Positions 1-9,950 of a DNA stretch of 64,000 bases are shown piece after piece. A program made the translations under genes and the position numbers. Source of the stretch: an uncultured delta proteobacterium (GTDB lineage: Bacteria > Desulfobacterota > Desulfobacteria > Desulfobacterales > JAFDCJ01); assembly GCA_963769935.1 (NCBI GenBank), contig CAVYNY010000020.1, positions 96,001 through 160,000 of the forward strand, in the 5' to 3' direction. Below the pieces are notes generated by a model. That model was not told the origin of the DNA. It did no database searches and was given only the letters and a program-made list of their open reading frames with translations. Position 1 is the stretch's first letter. Every line of letters starts with the position of its first letter.

Positions 1-46
1 CAAACCGGAGATAGCAGTAGGGTCGAAGGTCCGCGGCTTAATTGCG

Positions 47-1915
47 CTACTTTGGCTTATCAAAGTCACACCTGAGCACCAGTGTTTCACCTTCGAATGT
101 GGCAGAAACCGCATAGGGTAATTTCTTAAAGAGTTTGATCATCCCGGTATTGGTTGCAAGCATGTAAGCAATCAGGCCGGTAATTCCGTTTTCGCGGGCA
201 GCCTCAACCAGTTTGTGCAAAATCACACCGGCGATTCCTTTGCCCTGCCATTCTTTGGCGGTGGAAAAAGCCACCTCGGCCACCGTTCCGTGTTCAAGCG
301 CATACATGCCAAGCCCGACGATCTTTTCAAATCCAACTTCTCCGGTGACGGCCACGATGGAAAGATTTTTAATGTAGTCGACCTGGAAAATGATCTCCAT
401 ATCTTCCCGATAAAAATTCCGACGCATACTAAAGAATCGGGTTCGAACATCCTTTTCGTCCATTTCATAAAAGTGTTCTTGAATCATTCGATCATCTACC
501 GATTTAGCGGGTCGAAATGTCACCTGCCGGCCGTCATAGACCCTTTTTTCCTCCATGCGAACGGGATAGATGCCGAACAGAGATTCATTAAGCGTCCGGT
601 TGCGATCGATCAAACCCTCCTCCTGGGCATAGTGAAAGAGCTCGTCGCGATAATCCGGGTGGGCCAGGCTGATCATTGCCATCGCCCGTTCCTCAATATT
701 TTTGCCCAACAAATTGACCATGCCGAATTCGCTGACTACATAAGAAACATAGCCTTTTGGAATTACGATCGAACCCAAATCCGTTTTCGGTATGATCCGG
801 CTGGATTTATCGTCAATGCTTCTGGCGGGTATGACAATGATGGATTTGCCGCCGGGCGACATGGCGGCTCCCATGATAAAATCGAGCATTCCGGTTATCC
901 CGGAAAAATGATTCTGGGGAAGGGCATCCGCATAAACCTGACCGCTAAGATCCATCGTGCGGGCGAAATTGATGGCCACCATCTTCTTGTTTTGTGCAAT
1001 AATTGCCGGATGGTTGATATAATCCGATGGTCGAAATTCGATGGAGACATTATTGTGCAGCCATTGGTATAATTCGGGACTGCCGATGGCACCGCTGGCC
1101 AACAGTTTACCGTCGTTGAACCCTTTATAGCGGTTGGTGACCGCTCCTTGAGAAACCAGCTTCATGAGCTCATCACTCAAAATTTCCGTATGGACACCAA
1201 GATCATTGCTGTTTGAAAGCGCTTGGGCGATGGGCCGGGAAAGTTCCGCCAGTCCAAGCTGAATTGTAGAACCGTCAGCGACCAGCTTGGCGGTAATGGC
1301 CGCGATTTCAGCGGCCGATTCATATTCGGGCAATTCAAAAGCGCTCAAAAGCTCTTCTTCATGTTCAACGATAATGTCAACGTCGTTTAAATGGATAAAA
1401 CCGTGGCCGTGAACTCTGGGCATTTGCGGATTAACCTGGACGACCACCATAAGGGCCGATTGCGCAGCCGCCAGCGTGACATCCACGGAAATTCCCAGGC
1501 TCATCCAGCCGCAGTCATCCGGCGGCGAGACCTGGATTAAAGCAACATGCAGCGGCAGGAGTCCGCGTTTGAACAATTCGGGAACGGCATAAAGGGTAAT
1601 CGGGGTAATAAATCTTTTATTGGCGCGCAGACCTTTGGTCTGATCCGAACCCTGGTAGATGGATCGTACATGGAATTTGTGCCCGCGATATTCATCGGCC
1701 ATCAGGGCCAGCAGAGATCCTTCCAGGCTTAACAGGCGCACGATCTCCACATCTGAAAAATATCCGGCATTATCCATCAGCGCATCGACCAGATGCTGGG
1801 GTTCACCGCATGAAGATCCGATGAAAACTCTCTGGCCGGAGTGGATCATACGCACTGCCTCCTCGGCCGTGCGGAGCTTTGACTGATATTTTTTTTGCAG
1901 TACCTGATCTTTCAT
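47..1915 (-). CDS. Acetyl-CoA hydrolase/4-hydroxybutyrate CoA-transferase family protein fused to a C-terminal GNAT acetyltransferase domain
   Basis: Motifs QVSPPD..G..SLG.SVD, DLGVHTE (catalytic Glu) and VSEFG.VNL.GK; C-terminal AEVAFS...WQGKGIA GNAT motif. ATG at 1915 follows GGAAGGTGA. Confidence 0.9.
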   Translation of the reverse strand: MKDQVLQKKYQSKLRTAEEAVRMIHSGQRVFIGSSCGEPQHLVDALMDNAGYFSDVEIVRLLSLEGSLLALMADEYRGHKFHVRSIYQGSDQTKGLRANKRFITPITLYAVPELFKRGLLPLHVALIQVSPPDDCGWMSLGISVDVTLAAAQSALMVVVQVNPQMPRVHGHGFIHLNDVDIIVEHEEELLSAFELPEYESAAEIAAITAKLVADGSTIQLGLAELSRPIAQALSNSNDLGVHTEILSDELMKLVSQGAVTNRYKGFNDGKLLASGAIGSPELYQWLHNNVSIEFRPSDYINHPAIIAQNKKMVAINFARTMDLSGQVYADALPQNHFSGITGMLDFIMGAAMSPGGKSIIVIPARSIDDKSSRIIPKTDLGSIVIPKGYVSYVVSEFGMVNLLGKNIEERAMAMISLAHPDYRDELFHYAQEEGLIDRNRTLNESLFGIYPVRMEEKRVYDGRQVTFRPAKSVDDRMIQEHFYEMDEKDVRTRFFSMRRNFYREDMEIIFQVDYIKNLSIVAVTGEVGFEKIVGLGMYALEHGTVAEVAFSTAKEWQGKGIAGVILHKLVEAARENGITGLIAYMLATNTGMIKLFKKLPYAVSATFEGETLVLRCDFDKPK

Positions 1916-2227
1916 TCCGCTCACCTTCCCGCCTCCGCTGCCGTGCGGGCTGTCAGCGAGGTCGGTCTTTGGTCAAGGAATCGGCAGGACATCGCTGCCA
2001 TATTGCGCAAGGCTCCGACGACTTACATTGTAATCATTACACTTATTGCGCGCAAATTAAGTCGTCGCCTGGGGGATGCCGGTAAAAAATTTCTGCAGCC
2101 GATCCTGTTGCGACCCAGCCCAACAATATTGGACCGAATTGGCTGCACACTGTCGACCTTGCAGGATGATGGCAGACGTTTGCATGGGTAAGGCAAGTCT
2201 TGGCCAAGCGGCCGGCTGCGACCAGCC

Positions 2228-2464
2228 TTATGCCGGGAAAACACGGTCAGGGTCCGCCCCGGTCGTTTGAGGCCTGCCAAAACCCCATTTCAGGCGATAA
2301 AAAGCATCCGGGGTGCGCAATTCTCTGCCCTCTATCAGCTCCTTTATTGCCGGAGATATACGGTGATATAGTTTGTATAGCCCATCGATAAGTTCAAGTT
2401 CAGAGATCTCTTTCCATTCTTCATTCTCTTTATATTTGACTTCATAGCGCGGCATCGTAAACAT
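2228..2464 (-). CDS. Small hypothetical protein (78 aa)
   Basis: Strong RBS AAGGAGGTG just upstream of the ATG, globular-looking sequence, sigma54-type promoter upstream. Confidence 0.7.
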   Translation of the reverse strand: MFTMPRYEVKYKENEEWKEISELELIDGLYKLYHRISPAIKELIEGRELRTPDAFYRLKWGFGRPQTTGADPDRVFPA

Positions 2465-2506
2465 GAGCCACCTCCTTTGTTGAAATAGGCTTCATCTATT
2501 GGTTAC

Positions 2507-2521
2507 GCACGATTTATGCCA
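2507..2521 (-). promoter_or_regulatory. sigma54 (-24/-12) promoter
   Basis: Minus strand reads TGGCAT-AAATC-GTGC against consensus TGGCAC-N5-TTGC, ~40 nt before the 2464 start. Confidence 0.65.
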
Positions 2522-2813
2522 GGGAGGTGCTGTATCCGGCCGATATGTTCAAGTTGTTTAATCTACTAATATTACACTAGATTTTAATAAGATTGAATAC
2601 GTTCGGTTATGACGGGATGCTCATAGATAGACAAAGTTGCCAACCAAATATACAGCAGAATATCAAATTGATTTACACCTGGGTTGACGATTGTCAGAGT
2701 TTCATCCGCCTCTGTTGCTGCGGATAGAATAGGGAGATTCTTTTTTGCAAAATTTGCCGATCTACGGTGGTTAGCTCGAGAATAGCCTGCAGGACAATCT
2801 CACCGATACAATT

Positions 2814-2830
2814 TGTTACAAACTGTTACA
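2814..2830 (+). promoter_or_regulatory. Tandem direct repeat, likely OmpR/CpxR-family response-regulator site
   Basis: TGTTACA-aac-TGTTACA with 10-bp period, ~100 nt upstream of a two-component kinase remnant. Confidence 0.5.
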
Positions 2831-2931
2831 CCCCGGAAAAGACTTCTGTTCAAGATTTAATTAATATTTAAGCCATAGACTGAGACAACCAAATGTTAAC
2901 CGATGACCTTGTTTTACACAAAGGAGGAATC

Positions 2932-3651
2932 ATGCTAAAAAAAGGATTATCCATTGCTTTTAATGACATGACGGATCGCATCCGTGGCATGCTCCACACT
3001 AAAGAACGTCTGCTGCTGGATGTGAGCCATGAACTGCGGTCGCCGCTGACCCGTTTAAAGGTCGCGCTGGAGTTTCTGCCGGATGGAAATGCCAAGGAAA
3101 GCATTGCCGGCGATATCGCGGAAATGGAGCGAATGATCAATGAAATTCTGGCCACCGCCCGTATGCACCACTTGCATGGCAAACTCAATTTGAAACGGAT
3201 CCTTCTGGCAGATCTGCTGATGGAAGTGGTCGCTGAATTCGAAAATCAACCGCCGGGGGTGCAGGCCGATGACATTGCAGTCGATGTCGCACTCAAGGTC
3301 GACCCGGAGCAGATTAAAACGGTTTTTAAAAATATTTTGACGAATGCCGTTAAATATTCCGGCCCCGCCCGCGAGCCGATTCGTATTTCCGCTGCCGTCC
3401 GGCCGCCATATGTCGCTGTAAAAATTGCCGATAACGGAATCGGGATTCCGCAGGATGAGCTGCCCTTTATTTTCGAGCCATTCTACCGGGTGGATAAATC
3501 CCGCGCTAAGGATACCGGCGGTTTCGGTCTGGGTTTAAGCCTGTGCAAGACCATTTTGGAAGCTCATGCGGGCCGAATCGAAGTCGAAAGTACACCGGGG
3601 GTCGGAACCACTGTTTCCCTGTACTTGCCGATCGGATCCGATTCTCCCTGA
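2932..3651 (+). pseudogene. N-terminally truncated sensor histidine kinase (end of HAMP + HisKA + HATPase only)
   Basis: H-box DVSHELRSPL, N-box NILTNAVKY, DNGIGI and GGFGLGL are present. No TM or sensor domain; kinase similarity starts at AFNDM after a short unrelated MLKKGLSI start with RBS AAGGAGG. Confidence 0.7.
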
Positions 3652-3734
3652 AAAGCCCCGCGAAGCATTACTCCAAGCCCTCAAATGTGCGTAGTCGGAG
3701 GTCTGTTTGCCTGTCGGAAAATTAAAGGGGGTAT

Positions 3735-3800
3735 CGGTTCGTCCGTTGACCCGATTGCCCGTTCACCGAAACCGGCCAACGGGCTAACGGGCCAATGGGG
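3735..3800. repeat. Degenerate 8-mer array in inverted arrangement (REP-like)
   Basis: ccgttgac/ccgattgc/ccgttcac followed by aaccggcc/aacgggct/aacgggcc; same family at 61373 and 62612. Confidence 0.6.
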
Positions 3801-3806
3801 CCTTAA

Positions 3807-3835
3807 TTGACATTTCCCCGCTGCATTTATATATT
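3807..3835 (+). promoter_or_regulatory. sigma70 promoter of the thioredoxin/rhodanese/DoxX operon
   Basis: TTGACA-17 nt-TATATT. Confidence 0.65.
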
Positions 3836-3887
3836 ACCCTATTACACCACCGCCTGACCGTCAATTCGAGCAAAGGAAACACGCTCT

Positions 3888-4322
3888 ATGAACTTTTTCA
3901 ACGATCTCCGACGCATCTGGCTTCTGCCTTTGATCCTGGTGATATTTTTCGCCGGCTCTGTTCCTGCATCCGAAGTTATCAACTGGCGCTCCTACGAAGA
4001 AGCCATGGCGGTGAGCAAAGTTGAGAAAAAAAAAGTGTTCCTCCACTTTTATGCCGACTGGTGCGGGTTCTGCCGGAAAATGGCCCAAGAGACATTCCAG
4101 GATTCGTCGGTGGTCGCCTTTTTGAACAGTAACTTTATTCCTGTAAGGGTCGACACCGATAAGGAGCAGCAGACAGCCGCCAGCTACGGTGTGGTCGCAC
4201 TTCCCTTTACCGTGTTCCTCACGGACCGCGGAGAGCCCATAATCAGCTTGCCCGGATATATTCCGGCGGATGCAATGTTGCAGATGCTCAAAGAGATTAA
4301 TGGGATCGAGGCCGGCGGCTGA
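3888..4322 (+). CDS. Exported thioredoxin-fold protein (SoxW-like)
   Basis: Signal peptide, FYADWCGFC CxxC motif, cis-Pro loop (ALP). Confidence 0.85.
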   Translation: MNFFNDLRRIWLLPLILVIFFAGSVPASEVINWRSYEEAMAVSKVEKKKVFLHFYADWCGFCRKMAQETFQDSSVVAFLNSNFIPVRVDTDKEQQTAASYGVVALPFTVFLTDRGEPIISLPGYIPADAMLQMLKEINGIEAGG

Positions 4323-4358
4323 ATATTTGTAACAGAATTAGAAAGAATTTTATGTCTT

Positions 4359-4844
4359 ATGAAAACAGTTAAAGAAGTGAGCATACTTATTGGCGTGTCC
4401 GTGATTGCCGCCTTTGGGATCAATTTTTTTTCGCCCAAGGGCATTGCCCTGGTGGGGCAATGGGATACTTCCCGGGGCGTGGTTAATGCCAGGGAGAAAA
4501 ACGACGTTGTCATGGACCAACTCGAAATCGATGACGTCGCCGATGCCAAAACATTGTATGACAGCGGCAATGTGCTTTTTGTCGATGCACGATCCCGCGA
4601 AGATTATTCAGACGGCCATATTAAAGGTGCTTATTCCCTGCCGGTTGGAGAGTTTGACGAGCGGATCGACAAATTTTTAGAGCTTTTTGCGCTCGATAAA
4701 CCCATTGTGACGTACTGTTCGGGAAGAACCTGTGAGGACAGCCACCATTTGGCGCAACTTTTGATTGCCCGTGGTTACCAGAACACCAGTGTCATGATCG
4801 ACGGATTTCCGGGATGGGAAGCGGAGGGATATCCCATTGAATAG
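4359..4844 (+). CDS. Membrane-anchored rhodanese-like domain protein
   Basis: FVDAR, GHIKGA, active-site loop VTYCSG, GFPGW. Confidence 0.88.
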   Translation: MKTVKEVSILIGVSVIAAFGINFFSPKGIALVGQWDTSRGVVNAREKNDVVMDQLEIDDVADAKTLYDSGNVLFVDARSREDYSDGHIKGAYSLPVGEFDERIDKFLELFALDKPIVTYCSGRTCEDSHHLAQLLIARGYQNTSVMIDGFPGWEAEGYPIE

Positions 4845-5304
4845 GACGCTTAAGCGCATACTGCAAAATAGCTGGGTGGAGCTGGCATTTCGCTGGATTT
4901 TAGGCCTGACCTTTATTTATTCCGGTTACAGCAAGGTTCTTTCGCCGGCGGACTTTGCGAAAATAATTTACGGATACGGCCTTTTCCCCCCATTGCTTAT
5001 CAATCTGATCGCAATTATCGTACCCTACCTGGAGCTTGTGATTGCCCTGGCCCTGATCCTGGGCATTTATCCCCGGTCCGCTGCCATAATCGTAAATACG
5101 CTGATTGCGGCTTTTATCATCCTCATTTCCATCAACCTCATCCGGGGGCATGAATTTAACTGCGGCTGTTTTGCGCTTCAAAACTCGGGCAATCAGGTTT
5201 CGTCGTCATCTATCATTTGGCGTGATTTTATTTTTCTGGCCTTGGGGATGCAGGTTTTTTTATACAGCCAATCCCGCAGGTGGTGTGTTCGGCACAGTGG
5301 ATAA
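4837..5304 (+). CDS. MauE/DoxX family membrane protein
   Basis: Four TM segments, R..LG..FIYSG..K and RG...NCGCF motif. Confidence 0.85.
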   Translation: MNRTLKRILQNSWVELAFRWILGLTFIYSGYSKVLSPADFAKIIYGYGLFPPLLINLIAIIVPYLELVIALALILGIYPRSAAIIVNTLIAAFIILISINLIRGHEFNCGCFALQNSGNQVSSSSIIWRDFIFLALGMQVFLYSQSRRWCVRHSG

Positions 5305-5339
5305 CGATAACCGGGTATAAGAAATCTAGGAAAATCAAC

Positions 5340-5921
5340 ATGGCAACGAATAATCACAGAAAACCGACCGGTGCCGGGAAGAGCAGTTTCGATCTGCTCG
5401 ATGTCGAAGCCTTATTCAGGCAGCTTGACCTGAAAAAGGGCATTACCTTTCTGGATGTGGCCTGCGGCCGCGGCGCCTATTGCCTGAAAGCTTCTGCCAT
5501 TATAGGATCAACCGGCACGGTATACGCGGTAGACCTTTGGGAAGAAGGGATTGGGGAACTCAAGGCGCGTGCAATTGAAGAAAACGCCCTGAACATTAAA
5601 GCCTTTATCAGCGATGCCGGCCGGCAGATCCCGGTAGATGATCAGGTGGTGGATGCCTGCCTGATGGCAACTGTATTGCATGATTTTGTTGAGGATCACA
5701 TATCAGAAAAGGTACTGCCGCAAGTCGTCCGGGTATTGAAAACCAATGGATTGCTGGCCGTCGTTGAATTTAAAAAAATCGACGGCCCGCCCGGGCCTCC
5801 GCAACATATCCGCTTGTCTCCGGAAGAGGTTGCTGCCATCCTGGTCCCCTATGGATTTAACAGAGAACGCCTTGCCGATTTAGGGCCGTATAACTATTTG
5901 ATGATGTTCCGGAAAAAATAG
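5340..5921 (+). CDS. Class I SAM-dependent methyltransferase
   Basis: FLDVACGRG motif I, YAVD, RVLK..GLLAVVEF, GPP. Confidence 0.85.
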   Translation: MATNNHRKPTGAGKSSFDLLDVEALFRQLDLKKGITFLDVACGRGAYCLKASAIIGSTGTVYAVDLWEEGIGELKARAIEENALNIKAFISDAGRQIPVDDQVVDACLMATVLHDFVEDHISEKVLPQVVRVLKTNGLLAVVEFKKIDGPPGPPQHIRLSPEEVAAILVPYGFNRERLADLGPYNYLMMFRKK

Positions 5922-5966
5922 CTTTCGGCTTAATCTGCAAGCCTGTGCCGTCGAATTTAAAAAGCC

Positions 5967-6004
5967 GACACCCTGATCGAGCCGAAAATTTCGATCAGGG
6001 TGTC
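5967..6004. terminator. Hairpin terminator between convergent genes
   Basis: Perfect 14-bp inverted repeat GACACCCTGATCGA / TCGATCAGGGTGTC; A-run at 5959-5963 gives a U-tail on the minus strand. Confidence 0.75.
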
Positions 6005-6010
6005 TGTTGA

Positions 6011-7159
6011 TTACGGTGTAATCAGCGCCATATCGCTGACGACGCCGAAATTGCGAAATCGGCCGTCTTTGACAACCTGGACCTGCACATCCTTGATCAC
6101 TTCTCCGACATCATTGAACCCTTTGATCTCGCCGGTGAGGCCGCTAAAATTCTTCGTGCTTGCGATGGCGTCCCGGATGGCTTTGCCGTCCGTGCTGCCC
6201 GCCCGTTTAATGGCGTCGCAAATAATCATGAAAGCATCGTAGGCCGAAGCCCCCACCATGTCGGGCTGAACCTTGTAGCGCTCTTCATAGGCCTTGAGAA
6301 AGGCTTGTACCTCGGGGCGGGGGTCGTCGCGGTTCAGGTTGGTTACAATCACAAAGCCTTCGGCCGCCGGCCCCGCAATTTCTATGGTCATGGGGGAATC
6401 CGCTCCTTCTTCGCCGAGGAATTGGGCTTTGATGCCCATCTCGCCGGCCTGTTTGAGGACCGGAGCGGTCTGGAAATAGTAGCCGCTGGCAAAGATCAGG
6501 TCCGGGCTGAGCTCTTTAATTTTAGACAGATAGGGTTTGAAGTCTTTCTCATTAAAGGGATATGTCTGAGCATACACTATTTGAGCGCCTTTGGCATACT
6601 TATCGATATACTCCTTGAAGCCGGCGGCCAGCGTGCGGCCGAAATCATTGTCGCTGGTCAACAGGGCAATTTTTTTGGCTTTCAGCATTTGGACGGCGAC
6701 GTAACCGGCGGACTTTCCCTCAACCGTTCCCAGAAAACCGTTGCGAAAGCAGAAGTCGCCGGCCCCGGTGATGTCCGGATGAACCGCATAGGCCGCCACA
6801 AGGGGAATTTCCTCATCCTGAAAGATGGGCGCCGAAGCTCTGCTGGGGGTGCTGTATGAGCCGGCTACAACTGCCGCCACCTGATCCTGTTGAATGAGCT
6901 TGCGGGCGACCGTTACGGCTTCTTTGCCATCGGCGCGATCATCATAGGTGATCAGCTCGATCTTTTTACCCAGAACCCCGCCTTCATTGTTGACTCTTTC
7001 CACGGCCAGTTTCACGGAATCAAGCACACTGGCGCCATCTGCGGCGGCAAAGCCGGTCAAAGGCGCCATCAGACCGATTTTGATGGTATCAGCGCCCCAA
7101 GCACTTACGGTAAAGACCGCTGTTAAACCTGCCAGCACTAGTATTTTGGCAATTTTCAT
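6011..7159 (-). CDS. livK: Branched-chain amino acid ABC transporter substrate-binding protein (LivK/LivJ family)
   Basis: Signal peptide, IKIGLMAPLTG, GGVLGKKIELITYDD, SAYDA. Confidence 0.9.
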   Translation of the reverse strand: MKIAKILVLAGLTAVFTVSAWGADTIKIGLMAPLTGFAAADGASVLDSVKLAVERVNNEGGVLGKKIELITYDDRADGKEAVTVARKLIQQDQVAAVVAGSYSTPSRASAPIFQDEEIPLVAAYAVHPDITGAGDFCFRNGFLGTVEGKSAGYVAVQMLKAKKIALLTSDNDFGRTLAAGFKEYIDKYAKGAQIVYAQTYPFNEKDFKPYLSKIKELSPDLIFASGYYFQTAPVLKQAGEMGIKAQFLGEEGADSPMTIEIAGPAAEGFVIVTNLNRDDPRPEVQAFLKAYEERYKVQPDMVGASAYDAFMIICDAIKRAGSTDGKAIRDAIASTKNFSGLTGEIKGFNDVGEVIKDVQVQVVKDGRFRNFGVVSDMALITP

Positions 7160-7202
7160 TTTAAGACCCTCCTTTCCATTTGTCGGTGGTTGAATAGTCG
7201 AA

Positions 7203-7916
7203 CTATCCAGTTCCTAAATAAACCTCTTTGACTTTGGGATCCTCTAACAAGTCTTTGGCCTTGCCCTCGTGGACGCACCGCCCGGTTTCAAGCACATAGG
7301 CCCGGTGCGAAATTTCGAGAGAGGCCATGGCGTTTTGTTCAACCAGCAATATTGTTAAACCCTTTCGGCGGTTAAGCTGCTTGAGAACTTCAAAAACCTG
7401 ATCCACCAGCTTAGGCATGAGTCCCATGGAGACTTCATCTACCAACAGCAATTGGGGATTGGAGATCAGGGCCCGGGCAATTGCCAATTGCTGCTGCTCC
7501 CCGCCGGAGAGGGTGCTGGCCGGCTGACGGTTTCTTTCCTTTAATATCGGAAACAGATCATACAGCCATGCTATTTGATCGTCAAGATTTATGGTTTTAC
7601 GCAGTCCGTATACGCCAGTCATCAGGTTTTCATAGACGGAGAGGCGCGGAAACACTCTGGCCCGCTCCGGCACGATTCGGATACCGGCCTTGGCCCTCTG
7701 GCAGGCCGCCAGGGCAGTAATTGAACTGCCGTTGAATTCTATTTGCCCGCCGCCCAGGGGCACAATTCCCATGATGCCGTTTAAAATGGAAGTCTTGCCG
7801 GCGCCATTGGCTCCGATAATGGAGACCAGCTCTCCTTTTTCAAGAAAAAAACTCACGCCGCCGACGGCCTCGATATCACCGTAGGCGATATGAAGATTAC
7901 GGGCATCAAGCAGCAT
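7203..7916 (-). CDS. livF: Branched-chain amino acid ABC ATPase LivF
   Basis: GANGAGKT, LSGGEQQ, LLLVDE, LLVEQN, VKEVYLG; start moved to ATG at 7916. Confidence 0.9.
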   Translation of the reverse strand: MLLDARNLHIAYGDIEAVGGVSFFLEKGELVSIIGANGAGKTSILNGIMGIVPLGGGQIEFNGSSITALAACQRAKAGIRIVPERARVFPRLSVYENLMTGVYGLRKTINLDDQIAWLYDLFPILKERNRQPASTLSGGEQQQLAIARALISNPQLLLVDEVSMGLMPKLVDQVFEVLKQLNRRKGLTILLVEQNAMASLEISHRAYVLETGRCVHEGKAKDLLEDPKVKEVYLGTG

Positions 7917-8674
7917 TTTGAGCCCCCCTGCGGCCCAGGTAGGCCTCGACCACTTCTTCGTTCTGTTGGATCGCCGCCGGCGGCCCTTCGGCAATTTTGC
8001 GACCGTGATTCAGCACCACCAGCCGATCGCACAGTCCCATGGCCACCCGCATGTTGTGTTCGATTAATAGCACGGTAATACCGTCCCGGCGGATGCTTCT
8101 GATAAGCGTTTCGAGCTGCGATATTTCCTCATGACGCAAACCCGAAAAAGATTCATCCAGCAGCAAAAGCCGGCTCCCAACGATTAAGGCCCTTGCAATT
8201 TCCAGTCGGCGCAGGTTCCCCAGAGGCAGCAGTCCGGCTTTGCGCTGGGCCAGGTCCACCAGGCCGACCCGTTCCAGCATTTTGAGACTTTCCCTGACTT
8301 CCGATCCGGATTTCCAGGGCGACCAGATCCTGGCAAAAGCATTGTATTTGGAAATGCCGCGTGCAACCAGCACATTCTCCAGAACACTGAGGCTGGCAAA
8401 AGGCTTTACAATCTGAAAGGTTCGTCCCACCCCCAGGTGGGCAATCTGGTGCGGCGCTTTACTGTTCGTGCGCCGGCCATTAAAGCGGATTTCTCCGCTG
8501 CTGGGGGGGTAAACTCCTGATATCAGGTTAAAGCAGACGGTTTTCCCGGCGCCATTGGGTCCGATAAGCCCCATGATTTCACCGCTGTTAACCGCAAAAT
8601 CAACGTCGTCCAGGGCTTTCAGGCCGCCGAAATTTTTTGAAACCCGTTTTAATGATAAAAGTGCCTGGATTCAT
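7906..8674 (-). CDS. livG: Branched-chain amino acid ABC ATPase LivG (1-base frameshift just after the start codon)
   Basis: GPNGAGKT, GVGRTFQ, IEHNM, VEAYLG. The frame extends upstream as QALLSLKRVSKNFGGLKAL; ATG at 8674 is one base out of frame (769 nt total). Confidence 0.85.
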
Positions 8675-8697
8675 TTTACCTTGTTCAATCTAATATA

Positions 8698-9594
8698 TTA
8701 TACAATTTGAGAATTTTGTCTGCGCGGTAAAGCTTTTGCAAACACTCGCCGTACCAGGCTGCCTTCGCCCAGCAGCCCTGCCGGCTGAAATCGTATAATC
8801 AAAAGCAGCAGCACCATATAAAACAGAAAACGATAATTTACCAGCGGCCGGAACACTTCCGGCAGTGCCCCGAGTATCAAAGCGCCCAGTACCGGACCCC
8901 ATAGCGTTCCCATGCCGCCCAGCACCACCATGCTGAGCAAAAGCACCGACAACGGAAAAGAAAAATCCGTGGCGCTGACAAAACGAATATAATGGGCATA
9001 CAGCGCACCTCCCAGCCCGGCCATGCCGGTTCCGATGACAAATGCCAGCAGTTTGAAGCGAACGGGAGAAATTCCCATGCTCGCGGCGGCGGCTTCCTCC
9101 TCGCGCAGGGCAAAGCAGGCCAGGCCCGCCCAACATTGCGTGAACCACCAGCAAACGGCCAGCACGACCAGCAAAAAGAACAGACACAGGTACAAAAAGG
9201 CCAGCCCTTTAAGCTTAATGCCGAAGAGTACAATCCGGGGAATGCCTCCGATGCCCAGCGCTCCGCCGAAAAACGGGACATAGAGAAATATAGCTTCCAC
9301 AATAAAATTTATGCCGATGGTGGTAATTGCCAGAAAGTCTTCCCGCACCCGCAGGCTGGGGAGGCCCAGTAAAAGGCCGATAAACGCGCTGATGGCTATG
9401 ATCAGCGGCAGTGCGGCCCAGAAGGAAAGACCGGCCTTGGTCGCCAGTATAGCGGCGCTGTAAGCACCGATGCCGAAAAACGCGGCATGGCCAAGCGAGA
9501 TCTGACCGGCGTAACCGACGATGACATTCAGGCCGCAGACCACGATGGCGTTGATTGTAATCAGGGTTGCAATGGTAACGACGTAGGCGTTCAA
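8698..9594 (-). CDS. livM: Branched-chain amino acid ABC permease LivM
   Basis: GYAGQISLGHAAFFGIGAY, LRVREDFLAITT, MVVLGGMGTLWGPVLGA; TTG start at 9594 after GGAAGAGG. Confidence 0.9.
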   Translation of the reverse strand: MNAYVVTIATLITINAIVVCGLNVIVGYAGQISLGHAAFFGIGAYSAAILATKAGLSFWAALPLIIAISAFIGLLLGLPSLRVREDFLAITTIGINFIVEAIFLYVPFFGGALGIGGIPRIVLFGIKLKGLAFLYLCLFFLLVVLAVCWWFTQCWAGLACFALREEEAAAASMGISPVRFKLLAFVIGTGMAGLGGALYAHYIRFVSATDFSFPLSVLLLSMVVLGGMGTLWGPVLGALILGALPEVFRPLVNYRFLFYMVLLLLIIRFQPAGLLGEGSLVRRVFAKALPRRQNSQIV

Positions 9595-9619
9595 AGGTAC
9601 CTCTTCCGGAGATGGAGTT

Positions 9620-9672
9620 TTAAACCTGTTCCGGGCAGGATAGCAGGAATCATGGCGCCGGTAAAGGCCAAT
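9620..9672 (-). pseudogene. Possible eroded 3' end of livH
   Basis: With small indels it reads LAF..AMI..LL..PE.GL, like a LivH C-terminus, at the position expected directly upstream of livM. Confidence 0.3.
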
Positions 9673-9850
9673 CAGGGTGCCATCAACTTGACGTCCCGCA
9701 GCCGGCATCATATTATAATCATACCCGGCGTCTTGGTTAACCTTAACGTTACATAAATTTGTATACCTAAATTCAGGTTGTTATGGATATTACCTCATTT
9801 TCGGTGTAAAATTCGGTTATCAGGCAATTCATGGAGGAGAAACAGGCCGC

Positions 9851-9950
9851 ATGCAAGATGAGTGGAAAAAAGGGCTCGGGACAATGACCTACGGAATCTA
9901 CGATCTTACCAGATTTTATTAAGGATGAAATCAACAGGTTGATATCCGCC
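9851..9950 (+). pseudogene. Remnant of a flavin reductase-like gene (5' end only)
   Basis: RBS GGAGGAG, then MQDEWKKGLGTMTYGIYDLTRFY* with KDEIN continuing in the +1 frame; resembles the MTYGIY.LT....IN start of flavin reductase-like proteins. Confidence 0.5.

Noticed and set aside
215..1072. Long antisense ORFs (e.g. 215-1072, 24939-25883, 28824-29762, 36684-37514, 45390-46337)
   Set aside because: They are shadows of well-supported genes on the opposite strand, with no motifs of their own.
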